A DNA stretch of 64,000 nt, taken from contig JAHCRG010000017.1 of NCBI GenBank assembly GCA_020148045.1, positions 21,229-85,228 of the forward strand. Direction: 5' to 3'. Origin of the DNA: Patescibacteria group bacterium (lineage in GTDB: Bacteria; Patescibacteriota; Minisyncoccia; Minisyncoccales; GWA2-38-27). Of the stretch, positions 53,455 to 61,566 are shown one piece after another; positions within the stretch are counted from its first letter, which is position 1, and every line of letters begins with the position of its first letter. A program made the translations under genes and the position numbers. Under the pieces are notes generated by a model. It searched no databases. It saw only the letters and a program-made list of their open reading frames with translations, and was not told where the DNA came from.

Positions 53455-54630
53455 TTAATATAGTTTTGCTCTTATTGTGACAGCAGCTTCAACATGACTT
53501 TTTTTGCAAGGATAAGGTACTCTATGCCAATAACATGTTTGCCAATAAGCAACTTTATTATTATTTAAATCATAATCACCGGGATCAATAAACACTTCGC
53601 ATTCTTTCTGCGTACAGAGAAGGACAATATAGTTCCCTTTGATTTCAACTGACTGAGGGGTAAAAGCAAACCCGTAAACCTCCAGAAATTTGTCTATTCC
53701 TATTACACCAATATCTTTAGTTTGTCCGGGCAGGCCCGTTGTTCCCCAATTAAAATCAGTTTCTTCATATAGAATAGCTTTATCTTCTGGTCCCGGAGCA
53801 GAAAAGACAAAAGGACGGATAGAGGATACTATAATTCCTTGCCATTCAAGATCTTGATAATTATATTCATAAGGCCTATCTGTGCCGGGCGCTTGATAAA
53901 GAACAGCGCTTTTATCTTTAAAACCTTTATCTTCATAAATAATTGCTCCATAGAATTTCATTTTCCTTGGGTCTTTCGGAGTGCGATCGGGGATAAAATA
54001 AATATATTGGATATTGGTTCCCCCCAATGGTCCCCATTTATCAAATTCTTTTCTAATATCACCTGCTCCACCAACATGATAACATTGTTCTTCATAAATC
54101 CTTTCTAACAAGGGCTCTAACTGTTCTTTTACTTGTCTTTTTCTTTCTATCGAAGTATCTGGATCTAAAGCTTCATTTTGAAGATCCCATGCAGTATTAA
54201 CGTCTGCCTGTTCTTTACAAATAAGAACTCCATGCTGCAGAGTAGAAAACGTTGGATACATGGATGGAATATGGAAAATAACTAATTGAGGATTAATACT
54301 AACTAAAATTAAATAAGAGCCAAATAAAATTAGTAATCCTAAAAGAGCAGATGCAATTCGTTCTTTAGCGTCTCTTACTTTTTCTACATTGCCAGTTGAT
54401 GTAAGGTATTGAAAGCCGCCATAAATCAAGACTCCTAAAGCAAGAAATCCACTAGCCCAGATCGCGAAATTAAAAATATACTTAACATAATCAGGAATAG
54501 TACTTTTACTTGTTAGACCAGGACCTCCAGGAACATCCGGGTACTCAATTTCTAGTTCTTTTTGAGCAAAGGCAAAACCCGCAGTTAGCAGTAAAGACAT
54601 TAATAAAAAACAGATTAAGAATTTTCTCAT
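53455..54630 (-). CDS. VirB2-like pilin domain fused to C-terminal extracellular domain
   Basis: Signal peptide, LEIEYP, YGGFQYLTSTG....DAKERI..ALLGLLIL.GSYLIL..INPQL. Confidence 0.8.
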   Translation of the reverse strand: MRKFLICFLLMSLLLTAGFAFAQKELEIEYPDVPGGPGLTSKSTIPDYVKYIFNFAIWASGFLALGVLIYGGFQYLTSTGNVEKVRDAKERIASALLGLLILFGSYLILVSINPQLVIFHIPSMYPTFSTLQHGVLICKEQADVNTAWDLQNEALDPDTSIERKRQVKEQLEPLLERIYEEQCYHVGGAGDIRKEFDKWGPLGGTNIQYIYFIPDRTPKDPRKMKFYGAIIYEDKGFKDKSAVLYQAPGTDRPYEYNYQDLEWQGIIVSSIRPFVFSAPGPEDKAILYEETDFNWGTTGLPGQTKDIGVIGIDKFLEVYGFAFTPQSVEIKGNYIVLLCTQKECEVFIDPGDYDLNNNKVAYWQTCYWHRVPYPCKKSHVEAAVTIRAKLY

Positions 54631-54639
54631 AACTTTGAT

Positions 54640-55767
54640 TTAAAGTTGGAATTCTTTTTCTTTAGTTTCTTTTATATTATCTATAATACTAATTATTTCA
54701 TCACATTTATTAATGATTTGGGGCCGTAATCCTTGAATAAGGAGAAGTTGGTCATTAATTTCGCCAACAGGACAAGGGTTGCCGCCATCACAGCTTACTG
54801 GCTCACAGCCATATTTGTAATCATGACATTTCCCTTTACAACTTGCATTACATTTATTATTTACCCCATATACTCCTTCATCGTATAGACATTTATCTGG
54901 AAGCGCGCCTATTTCTGATATAAAAGGCTCTATTTCTTTGATTTTATCAGCTAATTCATTAAGCGTTTGTTTTAAATCCTCTTTATAATCCCTTTCTTCT
55001 ATTAACCAATCTCTTTGTTCTATTAAATAATTAATTAATTTTTGTTGTTGTTCTCTGCCTACATCGTCTTGTATTCCCGTCAAGAGTTCCTGTTCGGCTG
55101 TTATCTTTTGATTATACCAAGAAATTTCTTCGTTTAATATCTTTTCTACACTATCTTTTAGATCTTCAACCTCAGACAGGGCTCTATTTCTATAATAAAG
55201 GATTTCATCTTTCCAGGCAATAATTCTTTTTTGATTTTCTTTAATTTCCGGCTCGTCTGGGCAGGGCTGAAACCCAGGCCCAGCATAGCAACCTCTGGGT
55301 TGACAGGAACTGCTTGAGCTGCCTCCAGTGCAGAAGCACAAAGGTTGAGTGTTCCCACAGTCGCATTTATTGGTTAATTCTTGTATTCTTTCAGCCATGT
55401 TGTTAATTTCATCTGGGATTTTTTTTATTACTTTTGCCATTTCTTTGATTCTTCCCAAAAGATCTGAGGTAGCAAGAGGTGAGATCGGGGTCTGAGGGAG
55501 TTGTGCTTCAGGAATTTGCGGAATTCCCGGAAGATAAAAAGAAATTAATTGAGGATTAATTGTAATTAAAATTAGATAAGAAAAGAACAGAATTAAAAGT
55601 CCAATAAAAGCAGACTTAATTTGACTTTTCGCTGACTTTATAATTTCTGGTTTTCCAGCCGAAGTAAAATACTGGACTCCTGACCAAAGAAGTACTATAA
55701 AAGCAAGCAATCCAGATAAAGCTATGGCAGAATTGAATATATATTTAACATAATCAGGAATAGTCAT
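54640..55767 (-). CDS. VirB2-like pilin domain fused to Cys-rich/coiled-coil domain (no signal peptide)
   Basis: SG.QYFTSAGKPE....AK.QI..AFIGLLIL..SYLIL.TINPQL; ATGA overlap at 55764-55767. Confidence 0.78.
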   Translation of the reverse strand: MTIPDYVKYIFNSAIALSGLLAFIVLLWSGVQYFTSAGKPEIIKSAKSQIKSAFIGLLILFFSYLILITINPQLISFYLPGIPQIPEAQLPQTPISPLATSDLLGRIKEMAKVIKKIPDEINNMAERIQELTNKCDCGNTQPLCFCTGGSSSSSCQPRGCYAGPGFQPCPDEPEIKENQKRIIAWKDEILYYRNRALSEVEDLKDSVEKILNEEISWYNQKITAEQELLTGIQDDVGREQQQKLINYLIEQRDWLIEERDYKEDLKQTLNELADKIKEIEPFISEIGALPDKCLYDEGVYGVNNKCNASCKGKCHDYKYGCEPVSCDGGNPCPVGEINDQLLLIQGLRPQIINKCDEIISIIDNIKETKEKEFQL

Positions 55768-57653
55768 GGTGTGCAACAGTAAAAATTAAGTTTATGGCGG
55801 CAGGTCTTAAGTATTTCAGCTGTTTCTTTATAACCAGCTCTTTCAAGCTCTTCAGCTTTATCTTCTAAGCATGGTTGAAGACAGTTTTTATAGTTTTCAT
55901 TTCCTTGTTCTAAATAGCAAGCTTCTAGACATTCGCCAAATTCCTTTTGGAAATCTCCTTGTTGTAAACAGCAGTTTTGAATTATTACACCGTCAGGCCC
56001 TTCTCCTCTGACAGAGGCCTCGCAACGAAGCAACCCCATTAGTTCTTCAAGCACTTTTTCATCCGAAATATCAGAAGGAATCTCAGAAACACAAGTTTTC
56101 ATTCTTTGTCTAATGATTATCTCTAAATCTTTGAGAATTTCTGGGATTACGTCTTCAGTAATAGGAACTACGCCAATATCTGCTGGAGTGTCATTATTTC
56201 CCTTTCCATTTATTAGATATGTTATTTCTTCTTGAATTGTTTGAATTTCATTAAGTTGGTCACTGATTGCTTTTCTTGGGCAGGGTTCGCCAAAGCACCC
56301 TATTTCTACACAATATTCGCAATCATGTCCACAGGAAACACAAACACATCGAGGAGTACAATTTCTGGAACTGCACTGGCTGACTAAAACTTGGAGCTTA
56401 TCAACTGCATCAATTAATTCTTTGTCCTTTCCAACAAGTATTTCCAGCTTATCTATTAAAAGCTTGGTTGTTCTTTTTGTTCTGTCAATGATTTCTCCAA
56501 CTGGAATTCCTGTTCTGCAGGACATCGGCTCTTCAGATTCCATTATTTCAGGTATAACTTGTTCTTTTATTTCTTTTAGTTCTTGTTCTGATAAATAATA
56601 TTCCGCCTCTCCTATAATAGTTCCACTAACTGGACAATAAAATGTTGCCCAATCTTCATCAATTAATATTTGTTCCCATATTTTTGCTTCTCTCAATAGC
56701 CACTCTTTTTCTTTAAAATATTTCTTTTTTTCTAAAAAATCAGACCTACCGCTTATCCAGTTATAGCAATCTAATATAAATTGCTCTGCTCGTTCCAATT
56801 TAGCTAACTGTTCTTTTAAAAGACGAACTTCTTCTTCTGTTTTCGCTTGTTCAACAACAAGATTATTGATTTCTGTCTGGTTTTTATTCTCAGCATCTTG
56901 AATTCTTCCTCTGGCATTTCTACACGGATCAGATGTGCAGTATTCTGGAGGACAGTCATTACAGCCATAGTGGTTACAGGGAGGATCAGGTCGGAGAATT
57001 CCGCATTCGCATCTATCTGCTGCATTTTTTAAATCTTTGCTCTGGCTTAAAAGATTGTTAGTAATTTCTCTTGTTGTTTCAACATTGCTTTTAATTCTTG
57101 GTATTCTTTTTCTTTGTTCCCAAGGAATTGTTCCCTCAAAGACCCATTTCTCAATTATGGTTCCAAAAGGAATTTCAACATTTATCGAAGTTCGAAGTTC
57201 TTTAGTCGGCGGAGAAGGGATAGTTGGCCTATCGATTACTGTAATTGGCTGCAATGCTGGTATTTTTAGATTAATAAACTGGGGGCTAAGGGTTTTTAGA
57301 ATAAGATAAGAGGATAACAAAATTAAGAGGCCGAAAAAGGCAGCGCTGATTTGGTTTTTAGCCAAAGCCATTCGGTCTGGTTTGCCAGTTGAGATTAAGT
57401 AAAGAATCCCGCCGTAAATTAATCCTGCTAAGGCAAGTATCCCTCCGGCCCAAACACATAGATTAACAAGATATTTAGCATAAAGAGAAAGGATGTCTTC
57501 TGAAAGGACCGAGGGATCGTTAAGAAAATCTTGGGGCGGGGCAGCACCAGGCACGCGGGGATAAGTTATTTCCAAAGCAAAAACAAAATCTGCTCCCAAA
57601 AGTAAAAATAGGAGCAATAAGAAAAATAATAGTTTGAGTTTTTTCTTTGGCAT
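55764..57653 (-). CDS. VirB2-like pilin domain fused to Cys-rich/coiled-coil domain
   Basis: Signal peptide, LEITYP, YGG..YLISTGKP.....AK.QI..AF.GLLILL.SYLIL.T..PQ; three Cys clusters. Confidence 0.8.
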   Translation of the reverse strand: MPKKKLKLLFFLLLLFLLLGADFVFALEITYPRVPGAAPPQDFLNDPSVLSEDILSLYAKYLVNLCVWAGGILALAGLIYGGILYLISTGKPDRMALAKNQISAAFFGLLILLSSYLILKTLSPQFINLKIPALQPITVIDRPTIPSPPTKELRTSINVEIPFGTIIEKWVFEGTIPWEQRKRIPRIKSNVETTREITNNLLSQSKDLKNAADRCECGILRPDPPCNHYGCNDCPPEYCTSDPCRNARGRIQDAENKNQTEINNLVVEQAKTEEEVRLLKEQLAKLERAEQFILDCYNWISGRSDFLEKKKYFKEKEWLLREAKIWEQILIDEDWATFYCPVSGTIIGEAEYYLSEQELKEIKEQVIPEIMESEEPMSCRTGIPVGEIIDRTKRTTKLLIDKLEILVGKDKELIDAVDKLQVLVSQCSSRNCTPRCVCVSCGHDCEYCVEIGCFGEPCPRKAISDQLNEIQTIQEEITYLINGKGNNDTPADIGVVPITEDVIPEILKDLEIIIRQRMKTCVSEIPSDISDEKVLEELMGLLRCEASVRGEGPDGVIIQNCCLQQGDFQKEFGECLEACYLEQGNENYKNCLQPCLEDKAEELERAGYKETAEILKTCRHKLNFYCCTP

Positions 57654-57654
57654 T

Positions 57655-58059
57655 TTAGTTATTTTTCAATTCAAGATAAACCACTAAAAGCCAGCAAAAA
57701 GCTATATCTCCAAACAAAGGAATTAATTCTCCTAAAAAAGCCAGCCCCAATCTTTTAAAAATTTTTCTTCCAGTTGTTTTTATAGTTTTTCCTGCTCTTC
57801 GACTTATTGTTATGTGCCCACTACGAAAATACATCCAACCTCCTATAACAATTATACCAATTATATCGGGGATAAAAGAAAGAGCGAGTCCTATTCCGAT
57901 AAAATCTAAAATAAGTAGGATTAATCCAATTAAATCAAGAGACCCGGCAACCACAAACATGACCAATGCTTCTGGACTAAAAAGAGCTCCCATTCTTTTT
58001 ATTTCAATGGCTTCTATTTCCTCTTCAGTAGGTTCTTCGGAAGTAGGTTCTTCAGCCAT
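57655..58059 (-). CDS. Hypothetical membrane protein of the VirB4 cluster
   Basis: Hydrophobic hairpins, ELIP..G motif; tight spacing with neighbours. Confidence 0.75.
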   Translation of the reverse strand: MAEEPTSEEPTEEEIEAIEIKRMGALFSPEALVMFVVAGSLDLIGLILLILDFIGIGLALSFIPDIIGIIVIGGWMYFRSGHITISRRAGKTIKTTGRKIFKRLGLAFLGELIPLFGDIAFCWLLVVYLELKNN

Positions 58060-58091
58060 ATTTTAAACAAGAAGCTGATCTCCTTTTTAAA

Positions 58092-59900
58092 TCAAGAGCT
58101 AAGCTCTCTTTTAGCTTGTTTTATTTTCAAAAGCTCTTCAGGGGCAGTGGTAATTATTTGGTCTTCAGTATAAGAAGCTAATATTTTGATTAAAACATGT
58201 TTCGTTCCGGCAAAAAACATCCCTTCTCCGACCGGCGCCTCCAACAACAACATTTTCTCTTCTTCGGTTAGATTAAAGGTTTTCTGAACTACATTAATAG
58301 TAGCTGGGCTTTGTTTCATTAAAAGAACCAAAGATGAATTGGTGATAATTGGCTTGCCATATTCTGATTTCATAAAGTCATTAACATCTTGAGTAATAGT
58401 AGTTACTCCCAACCAGTATTTTCTGGCTCTTTTTACTGTTCCAAACAAGAAAGAAGCCCCGTCCTCGGTTTTCATTAGCCACCAGGCCTCATCAACAATT
58501 AGCAATCGTTTTTTCATTTCCGAAGTAATTGTTTTCCAGATATATCTTAAAATCGTAAAGAGAGCCATAGGTCTCAATTCATCTTCCATATCGCGGATAC
58601 CGAAAACAACCAATCTATTCTTCATATCTATGTTAGAGGGCTGATTGAAGAATGCAGCATAAACCCCCTTGGTAAATCTTTGGAGCCGTCTAACCAAGGA
58701 TTCCGCTCCTTCCATTGTTGAGAGCACTGCTTCAAGGTCACTCATTATCGGGAAAGGAAGGCCTTCTTTCCTGCCCCAGAGCTTTGGGTCGGTTTCTGGA
58801 GTAATATCTTTTGCCGCATAAGTTTCAGTTAAAGCTCTATCCATAATCCCATCTTCTTCTGGAGTCAAACCGCCGAGCATAATCCTCATTAATCCGACCA
58901 GATTGATAATATTTGTTCTTAAAACGTCCTCAGCTTTTTCATCTTCTCTGGGCGTCGGCAGCTCGAAAGGATTAATATGATGGGGAGAAGCTAAGGAAAT
59001 ATTAAAGAAAGACCCGCCAACCGCCTCGGCTAAAAACTTGTACTCGTTCTCCGGGTCTATTATTATCCCGTCCACACCCAACATTAAATACCGTAAGACC
59101 TCTAATTTAACTGCGTACGACTTACCGGCTCCGCTTGTAGCGAATATCACTGAGTTCGAATTAGCTAAAGTAAAGCGGTCAAATAAAACCAAAGAGCTAT
59201 TGTGTTTGTTAATCCCATAAAGGATTCCTTCGTTTGAACTTAAATCAAAAGAGATAAACGGGAAAGTACTTGAAAGAGGGGCAGTGTTCATTAAAGTAGT
59301 AACCATTAAGAGGTCCAGATCGTAAGGGGAGGTGCAAACAAATCCTTCTTTTTGTTGATAGAGAGCAGGCTTGATATAAATTAGCCGAGATTCCAGAATT
59401 GACCTTAAATTAGTTTCAATGTCTCTTAATTCTTTTTCTGTGTCAGCATAGATAGTAACGTATAAACTGAATCGGAACATTCTCTCCTGGGCAGTTTGGA
59501 GCTTGTCTCTTAGGTCTTCCAAATCGTGATAGGCAGTTTCCAGAGTAGGGTCACGGATTAATCCTTTTTCTTCTCTTTCGGCAATTTCCGCCTGAACCTC
59601 AGTAACTCTTTTTCTTAATTTTCTTAAAATTCTTTCACTGGCAATTGGATGTAAATGAAAAGAAATGTCCATCGGAACATTCAGATTTATTATTGGGGAA
59701 AGCCAGCCGGTACTTAGATATCTGGGAAAAGAAAAAATAAAGTAGCTTTTAGCAAACCGCTCTCCTATTTTAAGATAGTTTTGTTTAATTTCAATAAAAG
59801 AAGGGGCAACAATATCAGCGATTCCTATTGGTTCTTCAGCAAAAAATTCTTCTGGAATTTCAGGTTTCTTTTTAAATTTTTCTAAAAAAGGTATTTTCAT
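58092..59900 (-). CDS. VirB4-like (TraC/ConE type) ATPase
   Basis: Walker A ATSGAGKS, IDPENEY, INPF, Walker B LIVDEAW, KRARKY, ITQ. Confidence 0.92.
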   Translation of the reverse strand: MKIPFLEKFKKKPEIPEEFFAEEPIGIADIVAPSFIEIKQNYLKIGERFAKSYFIFSFPRYLSTGWLSPIINLNVPMDISFHLHPIASERILRKLRKRVTEVQAEIAEREEKGLIRDPTLETAYHDLEDLRDKLQTAQERMFRFSLYVTIYADTEKELRDIETNLRSILESRLIYIKPALYQQKEGFVCTSPYDLDLLMVTTLMNTAPLSSTFPFISFDLSSNEGILYGINKHNSSLVLFDRFTLANSNSVIFATSGAGKSYAVKLEVLRYLMLGVDGIIIDPENEYKFLAEAVGGSFFNISLASPHHINPFELPTPREDEKAEDVLRTNIINLVGLMRIMLGGLTPEEDGIMDRALTETYAAKDITPETDPKLWGRKEGLPFPIMSDLEAVLSTMEGAESLVRRLQRFTKGVYAAFFNQPSNIDMKNRLVVFGIRDMEDELRPMALFTILRYIWKTITSEMKKRLLIVDEAWWLMKTEDGASFLFGTVKRARKYWLGVTTITQDVNDFMKSEYGKPIITNSSLVLLMKQSPATINVVQKTFNLTEEEKMLLLEAPVGEGMFFAGTKHVLIKILASYTEDQIITTAPEELLKIKQAKRELSS

Positions 59901-59902
59901 AA

Positions 59903-60535
59903 TTATTCTACTAATTCTGAAGGAATCTCGGGGTAATAGCCCCGTTCTGCCTCTACTGGGTGATGTAAGCTCCAGAAAAGCTCAGCAAGTTCCAAACTAC
60001 TTAAAGGGATAGCTTGAAGCCCGCAAGCTCTCAAGCCTAAGACCGCAAACTCTACTCGTTGCAAAAGCTGGGTTTTACATCTTTGGAACATCTCTTCAGT
60101 TAAAGTGGGAATTTTGGGTAGCTTTTTTTTCTCACCAATCATCCGGGCTTCCATAATAGAAAAAGGGACTATTACATAAAAAGTTTTTTGCATAATAGAC
60201 CCTCCTTTCATTATTTGGTCAATGAATTTTCGGTATTCAGTAATTTGGAGTTTAAGCAATTCATTTTCTTCTTTTTTTTCAATATCTCCCAACTTCTCTA
60301 AATAGCCGACAATATTAAGACGTCTTGAAAGAACAAGGATTTGGCAGGAGAAATCCAAAGAATTCAAAAAATTCTGGAATTGGTATAGAATAGCGTTTTG
60401 TTCATCAGCTGATTTTAAGGCAAAATTTAAAGAAGAGACCATTAAAACTGCTCTCAGTCCTTTATTTTTTAAAATAATGATTCCTTCTCTAACTTGGTCA
60501 AATTCTAAAAAATCTTGAGTGGAAAGCATCGTCAT
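59903..60535 (-). CDS. Conserved VirB4-associated protein
   Basis: NFALKS.DEQ.AI...FQNFLNSLDF..QI motif; lies between prgI-like gene and virB4. Confidence 0.8.
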   Translation of the reverse strand: MTMLSTQDFLEFDQVREGIIILKNKGLRAVLMVSSLNFALKSADEQNAILYQFQNFLNSLDFSCQILVLSRRLNIVGYLEKLGDIEKKEENELLKLQITEYRKFIDQIMKGGSIMQKTFYVIVPFSIMEARMIGEKKKLPKIPTLTEEMFQRCKTQLLQRVEFAVLGLRACGLQAIPLSSLELAELFWSLHHPVEAERGYYPEIPSELVE

Positions 60536-60538
60536 TTT

Positions 60539-60594
60539 AACATTTCAACATTTCATTTTGTTAGTATGTTAAAATGTTAGTATGTTAGGATGTT
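60539..60594. repeat. Inverted octamer arrays
   Basis: aacatttc aacatttc ... tgttagta tgttaaaa tgttagta tgttagga tgtt. Confidence 0.75.
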
Positions 60595-61016
60595 TATTTT
60601 GTTTCTATGCGCGTAAATAGTTCATCTAATCTGCTGCCTTTGGTGACTTTCAATTCTGATTTTTTCTCAATTTCTTCCTCTTTTTTCTCAATTTCTTTTT
60701 CCTTTACTTTTTCTTTTCTGAGAAATTTTGGGGGACCAGTTTTTTTCTTCCAGAGATAAATCTTAGGTTTGAAAATAAAAATAAAAAAGTTTTTTATAAA
60801 AACAGGCAGAGAGGTCTTCCCAACCTTTAGGAGAGCTAAAGCAAAGGCCCCTCCTAATAAAATTATCGCCGCGATTATAAAAACGGAAAGGGGGAGGACA
60901 AAAAAAAGAAAAAGACAAATCCCGCCGGCAACTCCAATAAAAATAAATTGCTTAAAGGTAAAAGGACCGACTATCTTTGCTTCTTTTTCAATAAATTGGG
61001 GAACGGTAAATTCCAT
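60594..61016 (-). CDS. PrgI family (VirB3-like) protein
   Basis: F.VPQFIE.E.KIVGP.T.KQF, two TM, PK.Y.WKK. Confidence 0.88.
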   Translation of the reverse strand: MEFTVPQFIEKEAKIVGPFTFKQFIFIGVAGGICLFLFFVLPLSVFIIAAIILLGGAFALALLKVGKTSLPVFIKNFFIFIFKPKIYLWKKKTGPPKFLRKEKVKEKEIEKKEEEIEKKSELKVTKGSRLDELFTRIETK

Positions 61017-61017
61017 A

Positions 61018-61449
61018 TTACTCGATGGTTTCTCTATATTTATCTCCTTTTTTAGGTTTTTTCTTGGGTAGCTCAGTTTCCGGAGGCAAAGAAGTTACTT
61101 TTGGTTTTACCCCGGGCTTAATTTTTATCTTATAAAGCGCCTCTAGACTTTTTTTGACCGGAAGAAAAACAAACCTTGTGATTTCTGAAGCAATTTGTCC
61201 AGCTTTACTTTTTTCTATTTTTAATTCTTTTTCCAAGACATCTGAAAATTCATTTGGCGGCAAAAGACCAAGAAAAACGTAGCCAATATTTTTGGCAATA
61301 TCAAAAATTAGGTCATCGTCTGTAATTTCATTTTTACTGCAAATCTCCTGGATGTTGGCAGCAACTTCTTTAGAAAAAGCAGCTTTCTGAAGGTCTTTAG
61401 GAAGATTTTTATAAAGCTCCCAGAGTTGTTCTTTTGGATAGTCCGGCAT
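61018..61449 (-). CDS. Hypothetical protein, first gene of the VirB4 cluster
   Basis: 143-aa ORF ending DKYRE.IE; 1-nt gap to prgI-like gene. Confidence 0.75.
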   Translation of the reverse strand: MPDYPKEQLWELYKNLPKDLQKAAFSKEVAANIQEICSKNEITDDDLIFDIAKNIGYVFLGLLPPNEFSDVLEKELKIEKSKAGQIASEITRFVFLPVKKSLEALYKIKIKPGVKPKVTSLPPETELPKKKPKKGDKYRETIE

Positions 61450-61566
61450 TAATTCATTATATCATAAACAAAAAAAGCAACCCAGTGGATAAAAAGTTGC
61501 TACAAAAGCGTTGAGAAATGCTCTTGTTTTCTTTCCCTCGCACCTAATTTATTAGGTAGTGATGGG

